A DNA stretch of 38,523 bases, from assembly GCA_040756235.1 (NCBI GenBank), contig JBFLZG010000101.1, positions 1 to 38,523 of the forward strand. Direction: 5' to 3'. Position 1 is the first letter of the stretch. Every line of letters begins with the position of its first letter. A program made the position numbers and the translations under genes. The stretch comes from a bacterium. Lineage in GTDB: Bacteria > Desulfobacterota > DSWW01. A model generated the notes under the pieces. It worked only from the letters and a program-made list of their open reading frames with translations. It did no database searches and had not been told where the DNA came from. Of this stretch, positions 1 through 8,718 are shown in pieces.

Positions 1-75
1 TGCGGCGTACTTCCATGTACGCCTCGTTCCTCAGGACTTCGTGCGCCTTGCATCTGGGCATTTTTGAACAGCCTC
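1..75 (-). mobile_element. MITE-like repeat, copy 1 (truncated by window start)
   Basis: Reverse complement GAGGCTGTTCAAAAATGCCCAGATGCAAGGCGCACGAAGTCCTGAGGAACGAGGCGTAC...GTACGCCGCA closely matches the first part of the 6548-6672 element and the left end at 20671. Confidence 0.8.
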
Positions 76-105
76 TGAAATCGAGCCTGTTGGGACAGGC
101 TCTAG

Positions 106-507
106 CTAGTCATGCCGCCCCGCGGCGATCCTCCTGATCGTCTCGACGATCTCCTTCTCCAGGGCGCCGGGGCCGAAGGCTGCCGCAACCCCCATTTCCG
201 TGAGCTTCTGCCTGTCGCCGGGCGTGATCACGGATCCGCCCACCACCACCGGCACCGCTAGGCTCTGCCGCCTGAGCAGGTCGAGGATCTCGGGCACGTA
301 GTACAGGTGCTCCCAGGAGTGGCAGCTCAGCCCGATCACGTCCACGTCTTCCTCGAGGCTGGTCTTGACGATCGCGGCCGGCAGGTTGAACCTGCCCGCA
401 TAGACCACCTCCATGCCCGCGTCCCGCAGCATGCGCGATACCGCAACCGCGCCCAGCTCGTGCTGATCCAGGCCGAGGGTGCCGATGTACACTTTGATCT
501 TGTCCAT
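106..507 (-). CDS. Cobalamin-binding small subunit of a split acyl-CoA mutase (MCM C-terminal domain family)
   Basis: MDKIKVYIGTLGLDQHELGA contains DxHxxG; RMLRDAGMEVVYAG, DVIGLSC, VVVGGSVI, GVAAAFGPG. True start is ATG 507 inside the 106..1791 ORF. Confidence 0.9.
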   Translation of the reverse strand: MDKIKVYIGTLGLDQHELGAVAVSRMLRDAGMEVVYAGRFNLPAAIVKTSLEEDVDVIGLSCHSWEHLYYVPEILDLLRRQSLAVPVVVGGSVITPGDRQKLTEMGVAAAFGPGALEKEIVETIRRIAAGRHD

Positions 508-518
508 CGCGCGTCGCC

Positions 519-2117
519 TCAAGTCGGTGATTCGATCAGGCCGTGAGGATCGTACGGATAGCCGTACGCCATGCGCATCATGCCGCCGATCTCGCCCATG
601 GTGGCCCCGGAACGGAAAGCCTCCAGGACGGGAAGCATGAGGTTCTCCCCTTCCGTCTTCGCCTTCTCGTAGAGCGTAGACAGCACCTCCCTGACCTTTC
701 CGGGGTCCCTGCGCTGCTTGTACTCCCGGATCTTCTCGATCCTGGCCCAGCAAGGCTCGATCTTCCCTTCCGCGATCTCCTTGAGCAGCCGATCCTCCTC
801 TTCGGGAATCTGGAAGACGTTCAGGCCGACCTTCAGAAGGCTCCCGTCCGCGATGCGCTTCGCGTAATCGGCCATGGTGTCCTCGAAGAACCTCTTGAAC
901 CAGCCCTTGTCCGAGAGGTCCGCCGGGTTCCCCAGGCCCTCGATCTCCAGGACCCGGTCCCAGATCCGCTTCTCCATCTGGTCGGTCAGGGCCTCGACGT
1001 AATAGGACCCCCCGAGGGGATCGACCACCTTGGCCGCGTTGGACTCCAGGTGCACGATCTGCTGGGTCCGCAGGCCGACCAGGTGCGACTCGGGGCTGGG
1101 CGTCCGGTAAGCCTCGTCGAAGGCCGAGATCTCGAGGGCCTGCACGCCGGCCATGACCAGGGCCAGGCTCTGGATGGTGCCCCGGACGATGTTGTTGACC
1201 GGCTGCTGCGCGGTCAGGGAAAGCCCCGAGGTGTGGCTCGTGATGACCACGGACCAGGAGCGCCGGTCCGTGGCCCCGAACTCCTCTTTCATCATCCTGG
1301 CGAATAGCCTCCGGGCCGCCCGGATCTTGGCGACCTCCTCGAAGAAGTCCATGCTGCAGTTCACGAGGATCGCGATGCGGGGAGCGAAGCTGTCGATGGC
1401 CACTCCGCGCTTGAGCAGATCCCTCACCACGTGACGGATCTCGATGAAGCCCAGGGCCATCTCGTCCACGCCGTTCAGGCCGGCCTCGCTGAAGAAGTAC
1501 GTGTCCTCCACGAAGGCGTGGAACCTGGGCATGGCCTTGGAGCAGAACTCGATGCAGTCGCTCGCGATGCGCAGCCTGAGCCGGAACGGCATGTGCACGG
1601 CGTAGCCGCAGTCCTCGGCATAAAAGGGCGCCTGGATGACCGAGCCCCGCAGCTGGTCGTGGGGCACCCCGTTTTCCTCGGCGACCAGGTAGAGGCCGGC
1701 GACCGCAATGGCAGGAGGCAGGGAGCCGGACAGGACGATCGAGTTCAGGGGAAGGTCCTTGTAGAGCTCCCGGTAATCGTCCAGGCAGCACAGGGAGACG
1801 CCCTGGGTGCCCACGGCGCTGGCCGCGATCGGGTGGTCCGGATCCAGGAACGCCATGGTGGGGCTGTCGCCGATCACGTCCAGTCCGATCTGCCCCTGCG
1901 CGAGCAGGTACTTGAACTGCTCGTTCGACCGGGCCGGCTCCCCCTCGCCGGAAAGCTCGCGCTGCATCCAGCCTCCGGCCGCATCCGCGCGCCGGCCCCG
2001 CGTGTAGGGGTAGGCGCCTGGCTCTCCAAGACGGTGCTCGTGATCGGTCCCCGCCAGGTCTTCGGGACCGTACACGTTCTTGAGCGGTATCCCCGATCGG
2101 CTGGTTGCCTGCGTCAT
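519..2117 (-). CDS. B12-dependent acyl-CoA mutase large (substrate-binding) subunit, MCM family, non-canonical active site
   Basis: SGIPLKNVYGP, GEPGAYPYTRG, FFEEVAKIRAARRLFA, HTSGLSLTAQQPVNNIVR, AFDEAYRTP, LRTQQI, DPLGGSYYVEALT, ATMGEI. ATG 2117 has a GGAGA RBS. Confidence 0.9.
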   Translation of the reverse strand: MTQATSRSGIPLKNVYGPEDLAGTDHEHRLGEPGAYPYTRGRRADAAGGWMQRELSGEGEPARSNEQFKYLLAQGQIGLDVIGDSPTMAFLDPDHPIAASAVGTQGVSLCCLDDYRELYKDLPLNSIVLSGSLPPAIAVAGLYLVAEENGVPHDQLRGSVIQAPFYAEDCGYAVHMPFRLRLRIASDCIEFCSKAMPRFHAFVEDTYFFSEAGLNGVDEMALGFIEIRHVVRDLLKRGVAIDSFAPRIAILVNCSMDFFEEVAKIRAARRLFARMMKEEFGATDRRSWSVVITSHTSGLSLTAQQPVNNIVRGTIQSLALVMAGVQALEISAFDEAYRTPSPESHLVGLRTQQIVHLESNAAKVVDPLGGSYYVEALTDQMEKRIWDRVLEIEGLGNPADLSDKGWFKRFFEDTMADYAKRIADGSLLKVGLNVFQIPEEEDRLLKEIAEGKIEPCWARIEKIREYKQRRDPGKVREVLSTLYEKAKTEGENLMLPVLEAFRSGATMGEIGGMMRMAYGYPYDPHGLIESPT

Positions 2118-2204
2118 GGCGGAGTCTCCAAGAATACAGGACATTGCGCGGCCGACAGGCCGTGGCAACCTCCCGGTTACGCGTGTATCGTCACGCTCCT
2201 ACTT

Positions 2205-2993
2205 TCACCTTGCGGTTTCCTTCAGCTCCTTGCGGCTTCCCAGAGTGCCCGCGTTCAGCCCCATGCCGCCGTCCACGCGGATCTCGGCCCCGTTGATGTA
2301 GCCCGCCTTGTCGGAAGCCAGAAAAGCGATCAGGTGCCCCACCTCCTCGGTGAGGCCCAGCCGCCGGGCCGGAATAACCGCCAGGGCGCGCGCGCGGATT
2401 TCCTCCGGCATCATGTGGACGAGCTCGGTCCCGATCAGGCCCGGCAGGATGGCGTTGCAGGTGACGCCGTCCCGCGCGTGCTCCAGGGTCACGGTCTTGG
2501 TCAGGCCGAGCAGGCCCGCCTTGCTGGCCGCATACCCGATCTGCCGGTGGAGGCCGCCGGCGGCCGCGCCCGAGGACATGTTGATGATGCGGCCCCACTT
2601 CCTTGCGACCATGGGGCCGATCACCTCCTTGATCATGTTGAAGGCGCCCGACAGGTTGACCGCGATCTCCCGCTCCCAGGCTTCGTGGGTCATCTTGCGG
2701 ATCGGGGCGATGTTGGCCACGATACCGGCGTTGTTCACGAGAATGTCGATCTCCCCCAAGCTGCCTCTGATTCTCCCGACCCCCTCTGCGACCTGGGCCG
2801 GGTCGGAGATATCGAACACTTCCCAGGCCGACCGCCGGCCCAGAGCGCCGATCCGTCGGGCTGTCTCCTCCACCTCGGGCTGGATGTCAGCGACCGCAAC
2901 GTCAGCGCCTTCGCCGGCCAGGACCAGGGCCGCCGCCCGGCCGATGCCGCGCGCCGCGCCCGTGATGAGAGCCACCTTACCCGTGAGTGACAT
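2205..2993 (-). CDS. SDR family oxidoreductase, FabG/PhaB-like (3-oxoacyl/3-hydroxyacyl-CoA)
   Basis: ITGAARGIG, LVNNAGI, NMSS, YAASK, NAILPG; GAGGTGG RBS before ATG 2993. Confidence 0.88.
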   Translation of the reverse strand: MSLTGKVALITGAARGIGRAAALVLAGEGADVAVADIQPEVEETARRIGALGRRSAWEVFDISDPAQVAEGVGRIRGSLGEIDILVNNAGIVANIAPIRKMTHEAWEREIAVNLSGAFNMIKEVIGPMVARKWGRIINMSSGAAAGGLHRQIGYAASKAGLLGLTKTVTLEHARDGVTCNAILPGLIGTELVHMMPEEIRARALAVIPARRLGLTEEVGHLIAFLASDKAGYINGAEIRVDGGMGLNAGTLGSRKELKETAR

Positions 2994-3035
2994 GCCGCCA
3001 CCTCTTCGCACCTAATTCGCTTTCACCGTTGTAGG

Positions 3036-4658
3036 TTACAACATCTCCTTCAAGGAACTTTTGAGGATTTTCCCTCCCGGGTTTCTCGGCAGCATGGCCC
3101 GGCTGAAGACCACGTGCTTGGGCTTCTTATAGCTCGCAATGAGCTTCCTGCAGTGGTCGATGATCTCCTGCTCCGTTGCGGACGCGCCGGGCTTGAGGAA
3201 GACCACGGCCTTGACCGCCTCCTGCATGACCGGGTCCGGCACCCCCACCACTCCCACCTCCAGCACCGCCGGGTGCTGCATGATCGCGTTCTCCACCTCG
3301 ATGCAGTATATGTTCTCCCCGCCCGAGACGATCATGTCCTTGATCCGGTCCACCACGTAGACGTACCCGTCCGAGTCCACGTGCCCCAGATCGCCCGTGC
3401 GCACCCAGCCCTCGACGAAGGTCTGGCGCGTCGCCTCGGGCTTGTTCCAGTAGCCCTTGACCACGGTCGGCCCCTTGACCAGGATCTCCCCCACCTTGCC
3501 GGACGGCAGCGGCCCGCTGGAGATCGGGTCGGCGATCTTCACCTCCAGGATGGGAACCGGACGCCCCACCGACTCCGGGATCCTCAGGACGTCCGCGTGG
3601 GTGTTGTAGGTCACGATGGAGGTGGCCTCGGTCAGGCCGAACACGTTGCCGAACCGGACGTGCGGAAAGGCCTCGATCATCTGATGGAAGAGCTCGACCG
3701 GCACGGGAGAGCCCCCGAACACGAAGTACTTGAGGGAGCTCAGGTCGTAGTCTTTCCAGGGCGTCATGTTCAGGATCACCCAGAACATGGCCGCCACGCC
3801 GGCGCCGAAGGTGATCTTCTCGTTCTGGATGGTCTTGAGCGTGTCGATGGGATCGAAGGCGGCGCGGATCACCGAGCAGCCGCCGATGCCGACAAAGGCG
3901 GTCAGCTGGGAGTGGATCCCGGTGGCGTGGAACATGGGTGCGATGATCAGGGTCCTGTCGTTCTCGTCCCCCTCGGCGATCATGGCCGCATTGATGGCAT
4001 TTGCCACGCTGTTCCGGTGCGTGACCAGGGCGCCCTTGGGAACGCCGGTCGTCCCCGAGGTGTAGAGGATGGCGGCCGGGTCCCTCTGGGTCACAGGCGG
4101 ATCACACACCACCCGGGCGGCGGCATCTTCCTTCAGGAGGTCCCCGAATTCCGACGTGCCCTCCGCTCGGGGCCCGCCCTGCGCGAAAATTCCCCTGATC
4201 CCGTTGAGCTTGCCTCGAATACCCGCGATCTTGTCCCGGTACTGGGCGCTCATGAGCAGGTGGATCGCCCCGGAGTCGTTGATCATGTAATCGAGCTCCG
4301 GCCCCGCGCACCGCCAGTTCAGCAGGACGGCGATGGCGCCGAGCCGCAGGATGCCGAAGTACGAGACCGCGTATTCCCAGGAGTTCGGCATGAGGATCGC
4401 TACCCGATCCCCCTTGCGCACGCCGAGCTTCCGCAAGGATGCGGCGAGATTGTTGCAGAGCCGGTCGAATTCCCGATAGGTGAGCCGTGCGTTGTCGTCG
4501 ACCACCGCTTCACGGGAGCCGAAGCGGGCCACGGAGCGATCGAGGAGCTCCACCAAGTTATCGGGCCGGTCCCGGTAATGAAACGATTCGACGTCGTCGT
4601 AGATCTCTCGAACGATTCCCTCGTAAGCCCTGGCAGGAAAATTCCTGGCTTGCGGCAT
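3036..4658 (-). CDS. Acyl-CoA synthetase / AMP-dependent carboxylate-CoA ligase
   Basis: YTSGTTGVPKG, FGLTEA, RTGDLG, DRIKDMIVSGGENIY, PRNPGGKILK; GGAGGA RBS before ATG 4658. Confidence 0.92.
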   Translation of the reverse strand: MPQARNFPARAYEGIVREIYDDVESFHYRDRPDNLVELLDRSVARFGSREAVVDDNARLTYREFDRLCNNLAASLRKLGVRKGDRVAILMPNSWEYAVSYFGILRLGAIAVLLNWRCAGPELDYMINDSGAIHLLMSAQYRDKIAGIRGKLNGIRGIFAQGGPRAEGTSEFGDLLKEDAAARVVCDPPVTQRDPAAILYTSGTTGVPKGALVTHRNSVANAINAAMIAEGDENDRTLIIAPMFHATGIHSQLTAFVGIGGCSVIRAAFDPIDTLKTIQNEKITFGAGVAAMFWVILNMTPWKDYDLSSLKYFVFGGSPVPVELFHQMIEAFPHVRFGNVFGLTEATSIVTYNTHADVLRIPESVGRPVPILEVKIADPISSGPLPSGKVGEILVKGPTVVKGYWNKPEATRQTFVEGWVRTGDLGHVDSDGYVYVVDRIKDMIVSGGENIYCIEVENAIMQHPAVLEVGVVGVPDPVMQEAVKAVVFLKPGASATEQEIIDHCRKLIASYKKPKHVVFSRAMLPRNPGGKILKSSLKEML

Positions 4659-4878
4659 GGCCGATCCTCCCTGTCGCCCTCTGCTTCGCCGGCGGCGAAG
4701 TCCCAATCACCCGTCCACACTGTTTCCAAGCTCCGCGCGGCCGAAGCTCGAGATCCCTCACCCGGCCTGTCAGGTCCTGAAGGCCGGAAAAAAGGTATCC
4801 CTTTTCGGGGTGAGTGTCCATCGAAGTGAGAGGACACGGGAGAAACAAGACCGAGTTGGCGCCGAGCCGGAGCACCCC

Positions 4879-4907
4879 TTGACAACCCGGGCAGCCGGAG
4901 ATACATT
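4879..4907 (+). promoter_or_regulatory. Sigma70-type promoter for the porin-cbi/nik operon
   Basis: TTGACA (4879-4884), 17 bp spacer, TACATT (4902-4907). Confidence 0.6.
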
Positions 4908-4917
4908 CTGCATATTC

Positions 4918-4934
4918 GTAGCACTTGATGTTAC
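4918..4934. promoter_or_regulatory. Candidate metalloregulator operator (NikR-like?)
   Basis: Imperfect inverted repeat GTAGCA-CTTGA-TGTTAC just downstream of the promoter. The GTA(G/A)CA half-site recurs at 5059, 5117 and 5150. Confidence 0.35.
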
Positions 4935-5197
4935 CGAGCAACCACACGGCCAAATGATTTCCAAGGAGATGGGATGGATCTTAGCGGGCACCGGCGATTT
5001 GAAAGCTCCACGCACGCCCACCTTGCGGCTCAATTCCGCCTGGGAACACCCGTCAAGTGTAACAGAATCCAGCGAAGGCTGCGGGGGCGAACCCGGAACA
5101 CGTCCGGTGGCCGCTTGTAGCACAAACTGAAAGACAAGATGACTATCTGGTAACATCAGGAGCGCCGTAGCTGAACGGCGAGCAGAAGGAGCGCACG

Positions 5198-6466
5198 ATG
5201 CGATGTCGGATCCTTCTCACGATCGTGGCACTGACTGCCACCTTGACGGGTGTGGCGCCGGCGAGTGCCGCAGCCGGCACAGAAGAGGCGGGCGAAGAGA
5301 GCTCGGAAACGCAAGAACAGCAGCCTCCTGGAGGGACGGATGCCACCAGCCCCCTCCCTATCAGAGGAAAGGAGCTGGAGGCCATCCGGGAGCTGATCCT
5401 GGAACGGGTCGGCCTCTCCCTGCACGGAGGCGTGCTCGGATATTACCAGGGGACCAATGGCGTGGACATCGACCACCGGGAATTCGACAACCCCGATGGT
5501 GCCGGCTTCGCCGCCGACCTGGAGCTCGGCTTCAGCCCCATTCCCGGAGGAGAGGTGCTGTTGAGGATCCACGCCGGCGAGGGCGATGGGGCCGACCGGT
5601 TCCTGGAGCCTGCCGGCGCGCTCCTGGCGGACCTGAACACGATCAACGACGACAACCCCGGCGACGACGGGCTGAAGCTTCTCGAAGCCTTCTACACGCA
5701 GGCCTTGTTCGAGGGCAGGCTCCTCTTTTCCGTGGGCAAGACGGAGCCTCTCCTCTTTCTTGACGAGAACGCCTTTGCCAACGACGAGTACGCTCAGTTC
5801 GTGGGCAAGCCTTTCGTGAACAATCCGGTCCTCGACTCCGAAGACGAGTATGCGCCTCTCATGGCCTTGCGGGTCAGGTTCATTGAGGAGGTGACGTGCA
5901 CCCTGGTCGGGCAGTCTTCGACCAGGCCGCTGCTCGAGGGGGATCAGCAGAAGAGCGCCTACGAGAAGATCTTCAACAAGCCGTTCGTGGGCGGCCAGAT
6001 CGAAGCTGCATCCGGGCTCGGCGGTCTGGAAGGCCATTACCGCCTCTACGCTTGGTTCCAGACCTACAGGCACCCGCGACTTGCGGGGAGCGGCTCCGAA
6101 GAAGGCTGGGGCGTCGGCTTCAGCCTGGACCAGCAGATCCTGGAGCGGGTCGGCCTTTTCGCCAGGCTGGGCTGTCAGAACGACGAGGTCTACGAGGTCC
6201 CCTGGTTCTGGTCGGCCGGGACCAGCGTTCAGGGGTTGTTTGCGGGCAGACCGGAAGACGTCCTCGGAATGGGGATCGCAGGGCTGAAGGCCAACGAAGA
6301 CCTGCAGGACGACGGGACGGAGCTGCACCTTGAGGCTTATTGGAGGTTTGCCTGGGGCGAGCATTTCGCCCTGAGTCCGGACATCCAGTACGTGCTCGCT
6401 CCCCTTGGAGACGGCGACAACGACGGCGTCGTGGCCGGGATGATCCGGGGCGAAGCCTACTTCTAA
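5198..6466 (+). CDS. Outer-membrane porin, OprB/carbohydrate-porin family
   Basis: Signal peptide, acidic N-terminal linker, beta-strand pattern, DENAFANDEYAQF, SLDQQI, LEAYWR, LSPDIQY, C-terminal Phe; AAGGAG RBS. Confidence 0.75.
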   Translation: MRCRILLTIVALTATLTGVAPASAAAGTEEAGEESSETQEQQPPGGTDATSPLPIRGKELEAIRELILERVGLSLHGGVLGYYQGTNGVDIDHREFDNPDGAGFAADLELGFSPIPGGEVLLRIHAGEGDGADRFLEPAGALLADLNTINDDNPGDDGLKLLEAFYTQALFEGRLLFSVGKTEPLLFLDENAFANDEYAQFVGKPFVNNPVLDSEDEYAPLMALRVRFIEEVTCTLVGQSSTRPLLEGDQQKSAYEKIFNKPFVGGQIEAASGLGGLEGHYRLYAWFQTYRHPRLAGSGSEEGWGVGFSLDQQILERVGLFARLGCQNDEVYEVPWFWSAGTSVQGLFAGRPEDVLGMGIAGLKANEDLQDDGTELHLEAYWRFAWGEHFALSPDIQYVLAPLGDGDNDGVVAGMIRGEAYF

Positions 6467-6470
6467 TTTG

Positions 6471-6497
6471 ACGGGGACGACCGGCGGTCGCCCCCGT
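6471..6497 (+). terminator. GC-rich hairpin after the porin stop (REP-like or terminator-like)
   Basis: ACGGGGACGACC-GGC-GGTCGCCCCCGT stem-loop; no U-tract. Confidence 0.35.
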
Positions 6498-6547
6498 GCG
6501 ATCGGCGGGTCACTCTTATGAGAAGGTGCCGAAAGACACCCTCTCCA

Positions 6548-6672
6548 GAGGCTGTTGAGAAATGGCCAGATGCAAGGCGCGCGAAGTCCTGAGGAACGAG
6601 GCGTACACGGCAGTACGCCGCAGTGACGAGGGATGAGCGCAACGCCGCAGATGGCCGTTTATCGACAGCCTC
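6548..6672 (+). mobile_element. MITE-like element, complete 125-bp copy
   Basis: Imperfect 26-bp terminal inverted repeats GAGGCTGTTGAGAAATGGCCAGATGC / GCAGATGGCCGTTTATCGACAGCCTC (21/26 match); internal GGCGTAC..GTACGCC palindrome; non-coding. Confidence 0.8.
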
Positions 6673-6687
6673 ATCAGGAGATCGCAC

Positions 6688-7809
6688 ATGCACATGGCAG
6701 ATGCTCTGATCTCACCGGCGGTCGGCGGCACGATGTGGGCGGCGAGCGCGGCCCTGACCGCTTACAGCGCAAAGAGAGTCCGGGAGAGCCTCGACGATCG
6801 CAAGGTCCCTCTCATGGGCGTCCTGGGAGCCTTCATCTTCGCGGCCCAGATGATCAACTTCACGATTCCGGGGACCGGCTCGAGCGGCCACCTCGGGGGA
6901 GGCATGGTCCTGGCCATCCTGCTCGGGCCCGAAGCCGCCTTTCTCACGCTGGCCTCGGTCCTCACGGTGCAGGCTCTGTTCTTCGCGGACGGCGGTCTTC
7001 TCGCCCTCGGGTGCAACATTTTCAACCTCGGATTCTTCCCCTGCTTCGTCGCCTACCCTCTCGTCTACCGGAGGATCGCCGGTGCTTGCCCCGGGCCGAG
7101 GCGCATCCTCCTGGGGTCCATGGCGGCATCCATCCTGGCGCTCCAGATGGGCGCCTTCGGAGTGGTGCTGGAGACCACCTTTTCCGGGATCTCCGAGCTG
7201 CCCTTTGCGGCATTCACCATCCTCATGCTTCCCATCCACCTGGCCATCGGCATCGTGGAAGGGCTCGCCACCGCCGCCGTGGTGACCTACGTCTGGAAGG
7301 CCAGGCCGGAGCTCGTGGAGAGCCTCTCCCGACCCACGCCGGGAACGACCGACCAACCGAGCGCCGCGGACGGGCGTCCGGGGACGGCCTCCACGGAGCA
7401 GGCGGTGCGATCCGGCGCGCTCGGCCCCGTGCCGATGAAGGGTGTGCTCGCCGCGCTGCTGGCCCTTGCCGCGCTCACCGGCGGCGCCCTCTCCTGGTTC
7501 GCTTCAGCCCACCCGGACGGTTTGGAATGGTCCATGTCGCGCACCTCCGGCAAGGAGGAGCTGAATGAGCCGGAGACCGGCCCGCATGCACTGCTGGGCC
7601 GGCTGCAGGAAAAGACGGCCGTCCTTCCCGACTACGGTTTTCGAGCTTCCGACGAGGCCGAAACGCGGGAAGAGCCGCCCCCGGCCGATGAGCCCTGGCC
7701 TGCAGTGAGCGCCGGCACGTCCGTGTCGGGCTTGGTCGGCGCCCTCGTGACGATGCTGCTGGTCGGCTTGATCGGCCTGTCCCTCAGGAGATATCATCGC
7801 CGAGCATAG
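6688..7809 (+). CDS. cbiM: Ni/Co ECF transporter S component CbiM/NikM fused to a PDGLE (NikN/CbiN-like) domain
   Basis: N-terminal metal-binding MHMADAL, AFIFAAQMINF, GSSGHLGGG, QALFFADGG, HLAIGIVEG; C-terminal FASAHPDGLEW and LPDY. Confidence 0.9.
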   Translation: MHMADALISPAVGGTMWAASAALTAYSAKRVRESLDDRKVPLMGVLGAFIFAAQMINFTIPGTGSSGHLGGGMVLAILLGPEAAFLTLASVLTVQALFFADGGLLALGCNIFNLGFFPCFVAYPLVYRRIAGACPGPRRILLGSMAASILALQMGAFGVVLETTFSGISELPFAAFTILMLPIHLAIGIVEGLATAAVVTYVWKARPELVESLSRPTPGTTDQPSAADGRPGTASTEQAVRSGALGPVPMKGVLAALLALAALTGGALSWFASAHPDGLEWSMSRTSGKEELNEPETGPHALLGRLQEKTAVLPDYGFRASDEAETREEPPPADEPWPAVSAGTSVSGLVGALVTMLLVGLIGLSLRRYHRRA

Positions 7810-7905
7810 AGTTTCCCATGGCTCCCGCGCTCCTTCCGGCGATTCCGACTCCGCGGACACGAGAGGGCGCCCTTCTCCACCGATCACCTGTCTCATCGGG
7901 CACCC

Positions 7906-8718
7906 ATGGCCAAGATCGAATCTTCTTTCTTCGACCTGAGCACCTTCGACGCCCTGTCGCGTCTGGGCACCCCCGTGCATCGCCTGGACCCTCGCGTCAA
8001 AGTCGCCGCCACGATGGCCTTCATCGTGGCGGTCGTCTCGTTCGGCAAGTACGAGCTCAGCGGCCTCGTCCCGTTCGCGCTCTACCCGGTCTCCCTCATG
8101 GCCGCCGGGAACCTGCCGTTCGGGTACATGCTTCGCAGAGTCCTGCTGGCCGCTCCCTTTGCCATCCTGGTCGGGATTTTCAACCCGATTTTCGACCGTG
8201 AGATCCTCGCCCGTCTGGGTCCGCTGGAAATATCCGGCGGCTGGGTTTCTTTCGCCTCGATCCTGCTGCGCTTTCTCCTGACCGTGAGCGCCGCGCTCGT
8301 GCTGGTCGCCTCCACCGGCATCCATGGAGTCTGCCAGGCCCTGGACAGGCTGGGCTTGCCCAGGAGCTTCACCGTCCAGTTGCTCTTCCTTTACCGTTAC
8401 CTGTTCGTCCTGGTCGATGAGGCTTCCCGGATGACCCGGGCCAGGGCGCTGCGCAGCTTCGGCACGCGCGGGACCGGAGTCCGGGTGTACGGCTATCTCA
8501 TCGGTCAGCTGCTGCTGCGCACGATGGACCGCGCGCAGCGCATCCACGAGGCCATGTTGTGCAGGGGCTTCGACGGGGAGATCCGCCCGTCCCGGGCGCT
8601 CGCGCTGCGGCGAGCGGACGTGCTGTTTGTCGTCGGGTGGTCGGCGGCTTTTCTGCTCATGCGCATCTTTGACCTTCCCCGGTACGTGGGGGAGTTGGTC
8701 ACAGGACATCTGCCGTGA
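7906..8718 (+). CDS. cbiQ: Co/Ni ECF transporter T component CbiQ/NikQ
   Basis: VHRLDPRVK, LYRYLFVLVDE, RARALR, LLLRTMDRAQRIHEAMLCRGF. Confidence 0.92.
   Translation: MAKIESSFFDLSTFDALSRLGTPVHRLDPRVKVAATMAFIVAVVSFGKYELSGLVPFALYPVSLMAAGNLPFGYMLRRVLLAAPFAILVGIFNPIFDREILARLGPLEISGGWVSFASILLRFLLTVSAALVLVASTGIHGVCQALDRLGLPRSFTVQLLFLYRYLFVLVDEASRMTRARALRSFGTRGTGVRVYGYLIGQLLLRTMDRAQRIHEAMLCRGFDGEIRPSRALALRRADVLFVVGWSAAFLLMRIFDLPRYVGELVTGHLP

Noticed and set aside
508..1791. N-terminal 428 codons of the 561-aa ORF 106..1791, suggesting a fused protein
   Set aside because: Off-frame overlap with the mutase large subunit and Arg/Gly/Pro-rich; the real gene starts at ATG 507
4908..5197. Cobalamin riboswitch upstream of the cbi-like operon
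   Set aside because: No recognisable B12-box or conserved core in the right order by eye; needs an Infernal scan to exclude fully
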